DNA of 64,000 nt. Source: Callorhinchus milii. Taxonomy: Eukaryota. Under the pieces are notes generated by a model, which saw only the letters and a list, made by a program, of their open reading frames with translations, was not told the DNA's origin and did no database searches. Below, one piece after another: positions 1 through 12,961 of this stretch (its first letter is position 1; each line of letters opens with the position of its first letter). Where the stretch lies: positions 112,966,001-113,030,000 of the forward strand of contig NW_024704742.1 in assembly GCF_018977255.1 (NCBI RefSeq), read 5' to 3'. The translations under genes and the position numbers were made by a program.

Positions 1-51
1 AATATTTTTCCTTGCCGCTTATAAATATATGGTGCTTAGATAGTTTGTTAT

Positions 52-123
52 GTTTCAGCGCCTTGGGACGTCCTCCCGACGTGAAAGGCGCTATACAAAT
101 GTAATCGTTTTGTTGTTGTTGTT
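52..123 (+). mobile_element. L2 LINE 3' terminal fragment
   Basis: cagcgccttgggacgtcctcccgacgtgaaaggcgctatacaaatgtaatc followed by (ttg)n; the same end closes the RT-bearing L2 at 29100-30319. Confidence 0.85.
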
Positions 124-739
124 ACATTATATGAATAGAGCATGTATGTGCAATCAGCATGCAGGGAACAAAGCAAGAAAATACCCATTTTTAGCATTTG
201 CACGTGTATGCCACTCAGAACTGGTTTTCAATCAGGGTTAAATCTGCTGCCTAGATATTTGCCAATTGCAGAAATGGAACTGTCAGACTTGCTGCAATCG
301 CTACACAGCATAATGTACATGGTTGTCAACGTGTGCATACATTTCTTTCAGAAATTATGAGATCAAAATTGCCATGGTGCTAAACATAGACCATTTTTTT
401 TAAAGACTAAACTGTAAACAAGGTAAAGATGTGTTTTGAAACTAACCCTCGCTTCCCACTTTTACTATTATTATTGTTATTAATAATAATTTTTGAAAAA
501 AAAATATTCAGTCAGCTATGTTTGTGAAGCTCTTTAAGATGTCCCCCTGACATGCATGGTGTTATATAAATGTAAATTGCTTTTATTGTTCTGATTTTTG
601 TATGGATTAGATGCTACCAAGGTTACTTGATGATCTCAGGAGGATTTCTCTTCTCTTACAATACTTATATGTTTTGTTATATATTATTCCAGAGTCGCAT
701 GTCCTTTGTCGGATTAGCTGCTGGTAAGGAAGAGTTGAT

Positions 740-1125
740 CTAGTTTGGCTCAGAACTTTCAATTTTGGTTGAAGGTTCAATGTTCAAGCTCCATGTTGAG
801 AATTGAGCTTCTGGGCTAAGCTGACAATATAGTGTAGTACTGGAGGAGTGCTACATTGGTGGAGATGATAAAATGAAGATACCATCTGCCTATTTCGAAA
901 GCCGTGATATAAATCTCATTATATAATAAAAAGAAAATCTAATTTCTGCCTGTGTCCTGATCCAGATTACTTGGTTATTCCCCTCATGGCTGTTTGCGGG
1001 AGCTTGTTGGTGCAATTGGAATCTTCATTTGCCTAGAAAAATAGTCACTGCATTTGACAGTAATTACGCATGAAGCTCTTTGAGATGTTTTGACATAAAA
1101 AGCTATAAAGACACAAGTTCTTTTC
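740..1125 (+). mobile_element. Old Deu-domain SINE (SacSINE1/AmnSINE1-like)
   Basis: Decayed tRNA-like head, gctgac..agtg.agtactg.ggagtgct.catt, Deu core gctgtttgcgggagcttg..gtgcaattgg, L2-type tail. Confidence 0.65.
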
Positions 1126-1621
1126 ATAGTTTTGCTGTATTCAGGTTAAATCTAAAAGGACTTGTGCCAAAGCTAGATAGAGAATCTTAAGGGGAAAATT
1201 GTGGTAAGTGATATAACAATGCACCTACAAATAGGTATCAAATTCAAAAGTTAACATTTATGATTTTGACATCAAAGACTACATTTCCCTTCTTCAAAAG
1301 ATTGTATTGACAACCATTACCTTATAGTGAAATTCAATTAAAACTAATTGCAAAACAGATTGCAGTCTATTAACCTAATGCAATTTTCTTCCTTTAGATT
1401 TCAAAATTCTTTGATGCAGTATTTTGCCTTTGACATTTTACAAGCCTCTGAAGTAATCAGGGCTCACCTTGTACTCTGTAATTCCAAGTGTGACTCTGAA
1501 TTTGCTCATTCCTTAAATATGTCTCTTTTGTCCATTGATTTTTATTATGAATATGTTAATCTGAATCTTTTCTTGCTCACTGATCAATGCCTCTTCAGCC
1601 TAAGCGATTGAAGCTCGCGCT

Positions 1622-1939
1622 ATAATAATAATAATAATCCTTGCATGTGATATAGCGCTTTTCACGTCGGGAGGACGTCGCAAAGCGCTTCACAGAACAC
1701 ACCGTAAAGTGAATTGACTGTATATTTGTGGGCGAACGCAGCAGCCAATTGCGCACAGCAATGTCCCACAAACAGTCGTAGATTGAAAATGACCAATTTA
1801 CTATTGCTTTTGGTTTTGGAGGTATTATTATTAGGCGTGTGGAGTAAGGAAACTTGCCAAAGGTTTCGCCCTGCCTGGAATTGAACTCGGATCTCTCGCT
1901 TGCAAAGTGAGTGCTCTAACCACTGAGCTACAGGACTCC
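1622..1939 (-). mobile_element. tRNA-derived Deu SINE, short subfamily
   Basis: Minus strand: ggagtcctgtagctcagtggttagagc (A box), gttcaattcc (B box), Deu core, L2-like stem-loop, (tta)n tail. Confidence 0.9.
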
Positions 1940-3867
1940 ACTGTGAATTAGAATCACTACCTGACATCCAAATATATTAATGTCAGCATTGCTTATATTT
2001 TTAAAAGAATAAATCATTCACAAATGGGAAGCAGGCAACAACTCCAGGATACTGCTGTACAAGTGTTTTTATTATTTCAGCAAAAGACCTATAACATCTG
2101 CTAAACCATAACTTGGTTGCAAGGAATACAGTGCTCCAGGAAACTATTTCAAAATATTCTCCGACTATGCCTCTCCAAACTAGTTGAACACTGCAATCTA
2201 GTTCTCATGAGATAGCATGCACTTAGAAGATATCTATATCTCTGACTTAGGGTCCAGACTGTCTGTAGCCTCACCCGTCTCCATCCTGGACTTGTGATTG
2301 TGTACTGACTCCATTCCATTAGCTCATTTACTGAAAAGAAGTAAATGCTACGAAAAAAGGTCAGAGAGAATTCCAGCAGGTTTAATGCAACATTTCAACC
2401 CAAAAGGTGATGTTGGTCAGGCGCATACATGCCCAGAGGATAGTTATTTACAGCTGGTTGAAAGCACTTATAAAATGTTTAGAAGGTCCAATTCCTCTTT
2501 TAATTTTAGTAAATCATTTAACAAACCTTCACATTGACCTTCGATGAAATACACACATCTATATGATTAGGGATTTTTTTTAGTAAATTCCCTAAAAGAT
2601 TCTTAATTAGTTTAACACTGCATTGGAAATAACCAGGAGAGAGTAGATAAGCTGCATCCATTTAAATGCTTATTCAAGAGGCTTATTCAAAGAAACAGTA
2701 TGAATATAGAAATATATTCAAGTCATGACACTTTGCATACACATTGAAAACAGTCAGATTGCTTTCTGAAAATATACAAATTTAGGCAAGTCACCATCTA
2801 TATTATAGCACATTAATACCACATTTCCAGCACTGTGTATTGTTATAATTTCGTAAAAGTGTTGAGTAATCACATAAAATTGCATTATTTCAGAACAGAT
2901 CAGACAAAATTACAATTCAGATACATAACACAGGCATATGAAAATATGAAATTCCAATAAATTGCTTGCCATTAAAAGCAGGGTTATCTTATTAATAAAA
3001 GAAATGTAAGCTTACTTCATTCACATATATATCATACTGTAGTGCAGCAAGATTTACCGCAAACATATTTCATTGAAGCGTATTGAGAACAATACATTAT
3101 CATTTTGCTGTGTAGTATGACAGGAGGATCTGTTTGTAATTAGGTCCAACAAAACAATTAGAATTCAATCACTCCTTAACAGAACACTGTATAACAGTAA
3201 ACCTGTTCTGAGATAAATACAAAAAGAGTTCCAAACAAATTTGAGAAGTTTCTTTCATATGAAAGGTGCTATATCAATACAAGTTTTTTGTTAACAGATT
3301 AAAACTATAATATGAAATGATTGGTGATTTAAAGAAATACAGCTTAATAAACATGGGGATTAATTTGCAGTTATCTCTACAATTATTGTTCCTTATTAAG
3401 AAACCCATCTGAAAGCACACTGACCAACTGGAACTCTGGAAGTAGATCACATCAGAACAGGGTTTCTGGCAGATATATTTCTAGCTCCTACAAGGACTAC
3501 ACATTTATGTGACTCAGATTCCTTACTAAGGAATACCACTGTTTAGAAATTCATAAATTGGGGCACAATAATGAAAATATCAAAATGTTTCTTGGTGACA
3601 CCATTGACATGAGGCACTGTATTAAATTTCAAGCAGATTAAAATATGCAGCAATTTACTGAAGACTTACAAATCACGCCAAAAAACTGCACCACAAGCAA
3701 GGGAAAATAGCCAAATTTCAATTTACAAAAAAAACTTTCTCTTGGTTAGGGGAAAATATGTCCACTTGCATTAGAAATTGACATTTGAATTAGATTAATT
3801 TGTTCCACTCCAAATCAGATCTCTCACTGTTTGCACTGCCCCAGCCTTTCCTGCACTGGATCATACC

Positions 3868-4125
3868 AACAAACAATAATAATTATATTTGTATTGTGCC
3901 TTTCACGTTGGGAGGACATCCCAAGGTGCTGAACAGGCAGGGAGGGTAGGGGTAGGAGGGTGACTGAAGGAGCGGTTGAAGAGGACAGTTTTAATACGTG
4001 CCTTGAAGAGATGGACTTCCACGGGGTGGGGGTAGAGAGGCTGAACGCCCGACTGCCGACGGTGGGGTATGCCGAGTGGGGGACATGGAGCAGGCCAGAG
4101 CCCGCTGATCTGAGGGAGTGGACAG
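3868..4125 (-). mobile_element. L2 LINE 3' fragment
   Basis: L2 3' stem-loop and tail; ORF2 C-terminal remnant FKARIKTVLF. Confidence 0.8.
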
Positions 4126-4154
4126 TTCGATGTGTCTGCCTGATTGGGGGACAA

Positions 4155-4285
4155 TTTTGTGTGCAAAATAGCTGCTGTGTTTCCCTACAAATATACAGTC
4201 ACTCACTTCATAGTAAAATAATGTGAAGCATTTTAAGACATCTCAATGACATGATAAGGCGCCATGCCAAACTTAAGGATTACTT
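4155..4285 (+). mobile_element. Deu SINE 3' fragment
   Basis: gtgcaaaatagctgctgtgtttccc...gtgaagcattttaagacatc tail. Confidence 0.6.
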
Positions 4286-4344
4286 ATCATCAATGTCACC
4301 AACCAGAATTTTCAGCCATTTGCTCACTCCCCATATCCTATAAT

Positions 4345-4654
4345 ATTAATAATAATAATTCTTGCATCATGATAAAGCACTTTTCATGTCTTCCAGATGT
4401 CTCAAAGCACTTTACAGAATATGCTGTAAAGTGAATAGACTATATTTGTGGGCAAAACGCAATAGCCAAATGCATACAGCAGTGTCCCACAAACAGTCGT
4501 GTATTGAATGACCAAATTATTATTAATTTTTCTTGATGATTATTATCAGGGGTGTGGAGTAAGGAAACTTGCCCCAGGTTTTGCCCTGCCAGGAATCGAA
4601 TCCAGGTCTCTCGCTTGTGAGGCGAGTGCTCTAACCACTGAACTACAGGACTCC
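4345..4654 (-). mobile_element. tRNA-derived Deu SINE, short subfamily
   Basis: Same architecture as 1622-1939. Confidence 0.88.
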
Positions 4655-5039
4655 TGAAGCATCCAATGTTCCATTTTTCAAGCATCTAATTCTTTTTAAA
4701 AATATTTCATGGATTCTGATTCAACAACATTTTATGGGAGAGATTCCAACCTTCTTCTGTATGAAGAGTTTTAAAAAAAAAAGTCTTCTCTCAAAACTGT
4801 GATTATTTTAAACAGTGATCTCTATCAAATTACTCCTTAACTTTCTCATTGCTGCTATCACAATCTTTATGTCAAAACAGTATAACAAAAACAGTTTCTG
4901 AAAGTTGTAAAGAAACACATAAATGCTGTCCTACAGAAAGGAATTTCTATTTCTTGTCTATTATGAAAACTTATATGTTCTTGGTCAGCTTGGCTTCCTT
5001 GGTCTGTCACATCCTGAAAACCATGACTATTCTTAAGAA

Positions 5040-5800
5040 TACTGAGGCCCTCCCCATTGGCTCCCGTCATTGCCTCCACACCTCAGGCACTGACAGCATC
5101 ACCATCCAGGGATGCACACTCCACCTCACTGAGCCAGTCTGGAACCTTGGCATCTTGTTTGACCCTCAATTGTCCTTTCTACCCCACATCTACCCCTCAA
5201 GCCGCTGAAACCCTTATCCACGCATTCATCACATCTAGGCTCAACTACACTAACTCCTTGCTTTTCAGTCTTCCCAACTCTTCCCTCCACGAACTGCAGA
5301 TCATCCACAACACTGCAGCTTGTGTCCTCTCCCGCACCAGGCTCGTGACCCCATCACCCTCACCTGGCTCCACTGGCTTCCCATCCCCCAGAGGATAGAG
5401 TTCAAAATCCTCGTCCTTGTCTTCAAGGCCCTCCACGGCCTTGCCCTTCCCTACTTCTGTGACCTGCTGATCCCCATACTAACCCGTCTGCTACCGCATC
5501 TCAGCAGGTTCTGGCCTGTTCCACATCTCCTGCCCGGCCCACTCCAACAACGGCGTCCGGACCTTCAGCCTTTGTGCCCTCACCCTATGGAACTCCATCC
5601 CACATTTCCTTTGCCTCACTCCCTCCCTTGTCTCCGTCAAGGCACGTCTCAAAACCCTCCTCTTCGACCGAGCCTTCGGCCAGCCTCCTACCCTTCTTTC
5701 CCTTCACCCTCCCCGATCCCGACACCCAGCTTGGGTCCAAATTCATGACTGTCCAGCTCCTTGGCACTTGAAAGGCGCAATACAAATGTAATTTTGTATA
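5040..5800 (+). mobile_element. L2 LINE 3' portion, decayed
   Basis: Remnants [41 protein letters not shown], then 3' tail. Confidence 0.9.
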
Positions 5801-6715
5801 GTTTTGGAATACACAAACCAAACTAAGAGTACCACAAATTCATGCCACTGGTGCATGGAAATTTCCCATTTATATGTATATGGTGACTTACACGTAAAAT
5901 AACATCACAAAGTGGTTCACAGAATGAGAATAATAAGAAGTGAAGTGAACATTATGTAGTTAACTTGAGAGCTAACCAGTAGCCAATTCATGTGAATTTT
6001 GGGGGGTGGGAGTTGGATGGTGAAGGGATATTAGGTAGAACATGTGGGAGAAACTACCCACACTTGCTGAAATAATGGCACAGGATCCCTTGACATCTTC
6101 CCTCCGAATCACAAGGGAGACGGGACCTTTTAGCTTAATGATTCATTCAGGAGGAATGATGTTCTGTAATAAATAATACGAAATGGTTGGTACAATGGTT
6201 CATGGCATCATATCAGAATGTATGATACATCACTGCAGTGAGAGGCTGTTTTATTTTCATGCAAAATTAATGACATTTAGAATGCGATTCAATTGCCACT
6301 GCAAGCTGCAAAATCAATATTCAAAAGGTTGAGTTAGTTTGTTTTCATCCATACATTGCTTATGATTTTATGATGTGATCTTGTGAATTTCTCACATTTG
6401 AAGCATAAAAGAATTATGGTCAGCTATGTCTGTGAAGGATCAAGAATAGTGAAACATGTCGACAGGCAGAGGTAGATGTAATTAGCTATTTACTTTTCAT
6501 GTGAAAAGGAGAATATTTTCCCTGAAGGTCATAACTGAAGTATTTGAATTAGTGGGTGACACATAGGATATCTCAGACGTGTAGTTTCAGTAATCTGGAA
6601 GCCTAAGTGGCAATGGTTTCCTTATCTCAATGTTCACCTACATTCCTCAAGTTAATTTTCGAGAATAAGAAGCGCTGCCTGACACCTTCCAACCTTACTA
6701 TGGGAAACCTTACTA

Positions 6716-7149
6716 CGCCCACAAATATACAGTCAATTCACTTTACAGTGTATTCTGTGAAGCGCTTTGAGATAATAATAATAATAATCCTTGCATTTGA
6801 TATAGCGCTTTTCACGTCGGAAGGACGTCCCAAAGCGCTTCACAGAACACACTGTAAAGTGAATTGACTGTAAATTTGTGGGCGAACGCGGCAGCCAATT
6901 GCGCACAGCAATGTCCCACAAACAGTCGTAGATTGAAAATGCCAATTTTATTATTGTTTTTGGTTTTTTGGAGGGATTATTATTAGGCATGTGGAGTAAG
7001 GAAACTTGCCCAAGGTTTCGCCCTGCCTGGAATTGAACTCAGGTCTCTCGTTTGCAAAGCGAGTGCTCTAACCACTGAGCTACAGGACTCCAGAGATGTC
7101 GAGAAGATGTGAAAAGCACTATATCAAATGCAAGGATTATTATTATTAT
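6716..7149 (+). mobile_element. Deu SINE 3' tail interrupted by an antisense SINE
   Basis: Tail halves at 6716-6773 and 7093-7149 rejoin into one continuous SINE end; gagat is duplicated at the break. Confidence 0.8.
6774..7091 (-). mobile_element. tRNA-derived Deu SINE, short subfamily, young
   Basis: Near-identical to 1622-1939; flanked by gagat duplication (6769-6773, 7093-7097). Confidence 0.9.
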
Positions 7150-7550
7150 ATCAGGTTCAGTGGCATCTCTTTTTTAAAAAAAACACGATGACATAAATGC
7201 AGAGGAGGACAAAGTGTTGAGGTCAAATCTTTCATTGATATTTCATTTGGGACACAGCAGACCACAGCTGAAGACCTTTGATTGTGCAATGAATTTCCAA
7301 GTGAAATCAAAGTGAGCTGTCTTTCTGCAATCCCCAATTTGGTAACTCCAAAGGTTTGTTGAATTAAAATATAATCCTAAAAAAGCAGATGGTGCAGTGT
7401 TCACTGATGTCCAATTCTAAACTACATGTAGCAGCCACACACAGTTGTGTTGATCTGTCTCTGCAAAGTACTTTTTGTCCAGTTGTAAATTTTTTAAAAT
7501 TTAATTGAACGTATTGTCAATGCTCTTCACAGGAGTTACTGTGAGGTGTA

Positions 7551-8170
7551 ACAATAACCTTTGCATTTGATATAGCGCATTTCACTTTGTCAAGATATCT
7601 CAAAGGGCTTCACATGATATACTGTAAAGTGGATTGACTGTGTATTTTGTGAATGAAATGCAGCAGCCAGTTGTGCACAGCAGTGTCCCACAGATAGCCA
7701 TGGAGTGAGAGACGATTTTTTTATTGGGAGAACTTTCCTTCTCTTTACTAATAGTGCCATGGGGTATTTAACGACCACCTCTTGGTTTAATGTCTCATCT
7801 GAGGACAGCACCTTCGACAATGCAACACATCTCCAGAACTGCATTGGAGTAAATTTGCCAGCCAATCTGCACACATCAATGTTCCACAAACAGCCCAGAA
7901 ATCATAGAATCAATGAATAACCAATTTTGTCTGGAAGATTGTTGACCAGGGTAAAAAAAAACTCTCTTTTTGAATTGTGTCATTTGGCCTTTCACATCCA
8001 TCTGAACAAGCAAATTCGACTTGGTTTAATGTCTCATGTGACAGCACCTCCAACAATGTATTGCTCCCCCACCACTCTACAGGAACATTAGTCTGTACCA
8101 TTAGTTCACAGTCCAGGTGTGAGACTTGACCCTACAACCTTCCAATTCATATTCAGAAGTGAGCCAACCT
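7551..8170 (-). mobile_element. Two adjacent or nested older Deu SINEs
   Basis: The Deu core and the ttggtttaatgtctcat..gacagcacct block each occur twice. Confidence 0.7.
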
Positions 8171-8319
8171 GCCACATATTACAATTTCTTCCATTTTACA
8201 GTTTTCATTCTCTAAATTCTCCTTCCCGCGCTCTCCCTTCTTGCACATACCCTCTTTCTATTTATTCTTTTCTGCCTATTCCAAAAGAAATGCATCAAGT
8301 TCTCAAGAAAGGCCTGTCA

Positions 8320-9622
8320 TAGAAAGGTGCTTAGGAGGTCGCGGAGGTAGGGGGAGCAAGGCATTGGAGGCCCTTGAACTGTATCCTCTCTGTGATGGGA
8401 AGCCAGTGGAGTCAGCCGAGGATGGGGCTGATAGGGTCATGGAGCCTGGTGCAGGAGAGGACAAGGGCTGCAGAGTTCTGGCTGATCTGCAGCCTATGGA
8501 GGGAGGAGTTTGGGAGGCTGACAAGCAAGGAGTTTGCATAGTCGAGCCTCGATGTGATGAAGGCATGTCTGAGGGTTTCGGCGGCCTGTGGTGTGAGACA
8601 GTGGCGGAGCCGGGCGATGTTGTGGAGGTGGGGAAGGCAAAACATGTCATGGTACAGATGTGGGGTAGAAAGGATAATTGAGGGTCAAACAAGACGCTAA
8701 GATTGCAGAAGACGCCAAGGTTCCAAACTGGCTTAGTAAGGTGGAGTGTGCATCCATGGATAGTGATGCTGTCAGCACTTGAGGTGTGGAGGCGCTGACA
8801 GGAGCCAATCAGGTGGGCCTCAGTCTTGTTGATGTTCAACTGTAGAAAGTTAGCTCTCATCCAGGATTTGATGTCTGACAGACATTCTGTCAGAACAGCA
8901 GTGGTCCTGGAGTCAAGGGTGGAGGCAGAGAGGTTCAGCTGAGGATCATCCACATACATGTGGAAGTTGACCCCATGTCTGTGGATGATGTCACCAAGAG
9001 GGAGCATATAGATATTGAAGAGGAGGGGACAAAGGATCTGTTTGGGCATCAAAATTCTTGGGCAAGAAGGGAAAAATTAGGGGGAGGGGACCAAGAGCAG
9101 AGCCTTGAGGAATGCCACACGAGACAGTGTAAGGGCTAGAGGAGAAACCGTTCGTGGAGATGAAGTAGAGGCAGTAATGAGAGATATGATCTGAACCATT
9201 CAAGGGCAGAACCATGAAGGTTGAGGTGAGAGGAGAGGCGGTGGATGAGGATAGAGTGGTCAACATTGTCGAAGGCAGCAGAGAGGTCAAGGAGGATGAG
9301 GAGGCCGGGGGAGCCCTGTTTGCAAATGGACAGAATGTCATTTGTCACTTTGTCCAGGGCTGTTTCTGTGCTGTGGGAGGCATGGAAACCCAATTGGAGG
9401 GTTTTGTGAAGGGAATGGTTGGAGACAAAAGCTGGCAAACTTTCAAAGGAAAGCTTGCAAAGCTGGCAAGCAATGACTTGTTCCAGGACCTTGGAGACGA
9501 AAGGGAGGTTGGAGATAGGGTGGTAGTTTGAGAGCAGGAATGGGTCCAGGGAGGGTTTTTTAAGGATAGGAGTGATGACGGACGTTTTTAAAGGGTTCAG
9601 AACGGTTCCAGGGGAGAGGTTT
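8320..9622 (-). mobile_element. L2 ORF2 RT region, decayed (3' part of an element split by Penelope)
   Basis: NYHPISNLPFVSKVLE, STETALDKVTND, LDLSAAFDNVDH, GIPQGSALGP, YVDD motifs across frames. Confidence 0.92.
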
Positions 9623-9717
9623 AATATAAAAAACACAAAATGCTGCAGATGCTGGAAATCTGAAAAAAANCAGAAACACTCAGCAGGTCAGGCAGCATCT
9701 ATGGAGAAAGGAAAGTG

Positions 9718-9754
9718 AGTCAACTTTTCACGTCCACGATACTTCATCAGAACT
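9718..9754 (-). ncRNA. Decayed minimal hammerhead ribozyme in Penelope pLTR
   Basis: Minus strand agtt-CTGATGA-agtatcgtggacgt-GAAA-agtt-gact; core present, stem II mutated. Confidence 0.55.
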
Positions 9755-10039
9755 GGGGCATGTTGGAAGAGAGAGGCTTTTAAGGGCTAACAGAGAAGGG
9801 GGAGGCAGGGCAAGAAAGACAAAGGAGAAAATGGGGTAGAGGACAGGGGATGATGAGTTAAAGAGGTGTTAATGATGCAAAACAAAGGAGGAGATTGTAA
9901 CAAAGCAGGGGAATAGAAGTGTTAATACTGCAGACCAAAAAGTGGGGAGGAAAAACTTGCAACAAAACAGGCAGACCAGGGAGAGATAAGGTGTGTCCCA
10001 CATGATGTGGAAATGGGGAGGGGGAAGGTGAGTTGTTAT

Positions 10040-10441
10040 TGGTCTGAAATTGTTGAAATCAATATAGAGGCCAGAGAGCTGTAAGGTCCCTAGCAGATAA
10101 ATGAGGTGCTGTTCCTCGAGCTTGCGCTGTGGTTCATTGGAACAGCGTAGGAGACCATTGATGGAGAGGTCAGAATGCGAGTGGGAGGGAGAGTTGAAAT
10201 GGCAAGAGACTGGAAGCTCAGGGTTGAGCTTGCGGACAGAACGGAGGTGTTCGACAAATCGGTCAACGAATTTGCGTTTGGTCTCCCTAATGTAAAGGAG
10301 ACCACATCGTGAGCAGCGAATACAGTAAACTACATTGGTGGTAGTACACGTAAATTGCTGTCTCACTTGAAAACTGTGTTTGGGGCCCTGGACAGTGGTA
10401 TGGGGGGTAGGAGGTGAAAGGGCAAGTATTGCATGGGGCAT
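10040..10441 (-). pseudogene. Penelope GIY-YIG endonuclease domain remnant
   Basis: FTCTTTNVVYCIRCSRCGLLYIRETKR..RFVEH...VSCHFN...RKLEEQHLIYLLGTL; the expected YIG reads YIR. Confidence 0.88.
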
Positions 10442-10569
10442 GGGGAGGTGCCAGAGGGAGCAGAGGAACTTTTAGTGGTGATGAAGGAATGAACCAGGGA
10501 GTCACAGAGGGAAAGGTCACTTCGTAATGCTGAGAGGGGAGGGGAGGGAAAGTTATGTTTACTGGTTGA

Positions 10570-10768
10570 GTTATTGTCAAACCCACTGATAAGGGAGGTG
10601 CTGTCATCATCTGGGGGAAGGACCTCTACCTGGCAGAGGCTGAACACCAACTCTCTGATGATTCCTCCTACCTCCCCCTGAACCATGACCCCAATACTGA
10701 ACACCAAGCCATCATCACTATGATGGTCAATGACCTCATCTCCTCTGGGGAGCTTCCTCCCACAGCTC
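10570..10768 (+). pseudogene. Penelope RT N-terminal (DKG) segment, inverted
   Basis: My translation from 10573: IVKPTDKGGAVIIWGKDLYLAEAEHQLSDDSSYLPLNHDP. Confidence 0.85.
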
Positions 10769-11002
10769 TGGGAGGTAAGGAGAGGGGTAGAGATAGGGTC
10801 GAGGGAGCAGGTGGTTTCATGCGGGTTATAGTGGTGGTAAATGAGGAGTGGGAGACAAGTTCGCAGGTGTGGAACGAGGGATTGGTAGGGGTCGGGGTAT
10901 GAAGGGGAGATTGGGAGGGCATAGTAAACGGAAGGGCAGAGGCAGCTGAGCGGATCCCCTTGACATTGGATTCAAGGAAGTCCAGCATCGCCTGACAGTT
11001 GC
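10769..11002 (-). mobile_element. L2 ORF2 upstream (EN-RT linker) part, same element as 8320-9622
   Basis: CQAMLDFLESNVKGIR matches CEEMLDFLESKIMGI of the L2 near 32450; junction colinear with the L2 at 62250-62330. Confidence 0.8.
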
Positions 11003-11015
11003 TTAACCAGTGCGA

Positions 11016-11131
11016 GATAATAATAATATATAACAATCCTTGCATTTGATATAGCGCTTTTCACGTTTTCTCGACGTCTCAAAACGCTTCACAGAATAGA
11101 CTGTAAAGTGAATTGACTGTACATTTGTGGG
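11016..11131 (-). mobile_element. Deu SINE 3' tail
   Basis: (taa)n, atccttgcatttgatatagcgct...cacagaa..ctgtaaagtgaattgactg. Confidence 0.8.
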
Positions 11132-11139
11132 TTCCAAAA

Positions 11140-11830
11140 AAACAAATGGAGTAAATTGAAGAGGATTTTTTTTATATGCGGAGAGTTGTTGGGTAATAAA
11201 ATGCGCTGCCTAGGGTGGTGGAGGCGGAGTCCACTGTGGCTTTCAAGAGTTAAATAAACAGGCATATGAAAGAGAGGAGTTTGAATGGTTTTGGGGTATA
11301 ACAACAACAAATTGCATTTGTATAGCACGTTTCACGTTGAGATGACATCCTGAGGCGCTGGAGAGTCAAGGGTTTGCATCTGAGCCGGGGTTGTAATCAA
11401 GAGGGGTGGAGGTTAGGAAGGGTGGGGGTAGGAGGATACCGAAGGCATGGTCAAAGAGAAAGGTCTTGAGACAGGTCTTGAAGAAGGCAAGGGAGGGAGT
11501 GAGGCAGAAAGATTCTGGGATGAAGTTTCAGAAGGTGGGGGGCAGAAAGGCTGAAGGTCCGACCACCGATGGTGGGTCAGGCAGGGTGGTGGCACTTGGA
11601 TCAGGCCAGTACCTGCCAATTGGAGGGAGTGGGAAGGTTGGTAAGCTATTAGTAGTTGCAGAGAATAGGGAGAAGCAAGAACGTGGAGGGCTTTGAAAGT
11701 GAAAATAAGTGAAAATAAGACAGGGCAATCGGATTAAATTGATATCTTTGCTCTGTGAGCTAGTGCAGACTTGATGGGCTAAATGACCTCCTTCTGTGCT
11801 GTACATTTTTATTTTCTATATTTCTATGAA
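11140..11830 (+). mobile_element. CR1 3' end interrupted by an antisense L2 3' fragment (about 11300-11700)
   Basis: CR1 3' UTR gatgggctaaatgacctccttctgtgctg with (tttcta)n; the L2 has a (caa)n tail and TVGPSAF-type remnant. Confidence 0.7.
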
Positions 11831-12961
11831 TTGGAGAAGCATTCCCAAGTCTGTGTCATGTACTTTAGGACTTTTTAATTTAAAACGTCCCATTCAGAAA
11901 TATCACAAAATGCACCCATTAATATTTTTAGTACAATAGTCTTATTGCTGTAAATTTATACAGTGAACATTATCAAAGATCTTATGACCTTACAGTGACA
12001 GATACTCATGCTAGAAGATTGAAGCAAGGCTCTAGACAGCAACAGTGTTAAACCGAATTGTGGTAGCATTGAGCATGCTAAGACAATGGTAGACATTACA
12101 CTAATATATGTTTTTACTGCTAGATTTCTGGAGTGATCGAATTGGATGAATGTATCGCTACTTTCTCTCTCTCTGTTGTAAAACTGCCATCAACATAACA
12201 AGGCTATAAAGTTAAAAGCAAAAAAATAAACAACTGGAATATATTGTTACTATTCCAGCTGTATTCTTAAAATATCACAGCTTCTTCAGTACTCATGGGA
12301 ATTTTGTGGCAAACCTCAAACAACAATTGGCAATTACACAAACTCCTCGTGGAGAACAACCAGTTCTTCCTTTCTTGAATTTAATCACGTCGAATATATG
12401 ACTTATTTTGTTCCATATATAATAAAAACATGAATTGAAAGCACGAGAAAAATGTAATCATACCGTAAATATTACAGTATCACCACAGTTTGCTGTTTTT
12501 GACATGTTTGAGTTTTAAAAACACCACGCTGAAATGTTGAATTATATTTTGTAGTTCAAAGATGTTCTTGTCTGCAAGCCAGGAGAAACATAATTCAAAC
12601 ACTCAGAAGTAATAGAAAACTTATTTTTCACACAGCATGTGAGAATTCAACCCTTGTTGAATTTTAAGTTAAAAATAAAACAGGAAAATGCCAATCGAGT
12701 TTGAGTTTCTTAAGAACAGAATAAGGGACTATACTGGTACTGATGCTTGGCATGGGATGATTTTTAGCAGTACTTTTGTCATTCTTGATAAGGTGGGCAT
12801 GAATGAATAAGAATAATCATTTGTGCATTTGATATAGAGTTTCATCACGTTGATCTCAAGAAGGAATTAAAATGTAAAATGCAATGACTATTTTTGTAGA
12901 CAAACGCGGTAGTCAGTTTAAATAATAAAAATGCTTGCATTTCATAAAGCACCTTTCATGT

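Larger units (their letters stand above)
9623..10768 (-). mobile_element. Penelope-like element (pLTR, GIY-YIG, inverted RT segment)
   Basis: pLTR text tgcagatgctggaaatctg at about 9630-9760, GIY-YIG ORF, and a DKG-motif RT segment on the opposite strand. Confidence 0.88.

Noticed and set aside
352..422. Possible coding exon between tttcag and gtaaag
   Set aside because: Stops in all three frames and no other support
1865..1939. tRNA genes (Ala/Val-like) at SINE heads
   Set aside because: A and B boxes and an anticodon arm are present, but there is no acceptor stem. The anticodon varies (tgc, cac, cgt) as expected from CpG decay of cgc, and each head runs into SINE body.
8241..8681. G/E-rich ORFs antisense to L2 or CR1 (also 18235-18675, 43774-44283, 41707-42078, 62624-63094)
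   Set aside because: Shadow frames of LINE ORF2
9670..9670. Ambiguous base n
   Set aside because: Assembly ambiguity in an A-run, not biological
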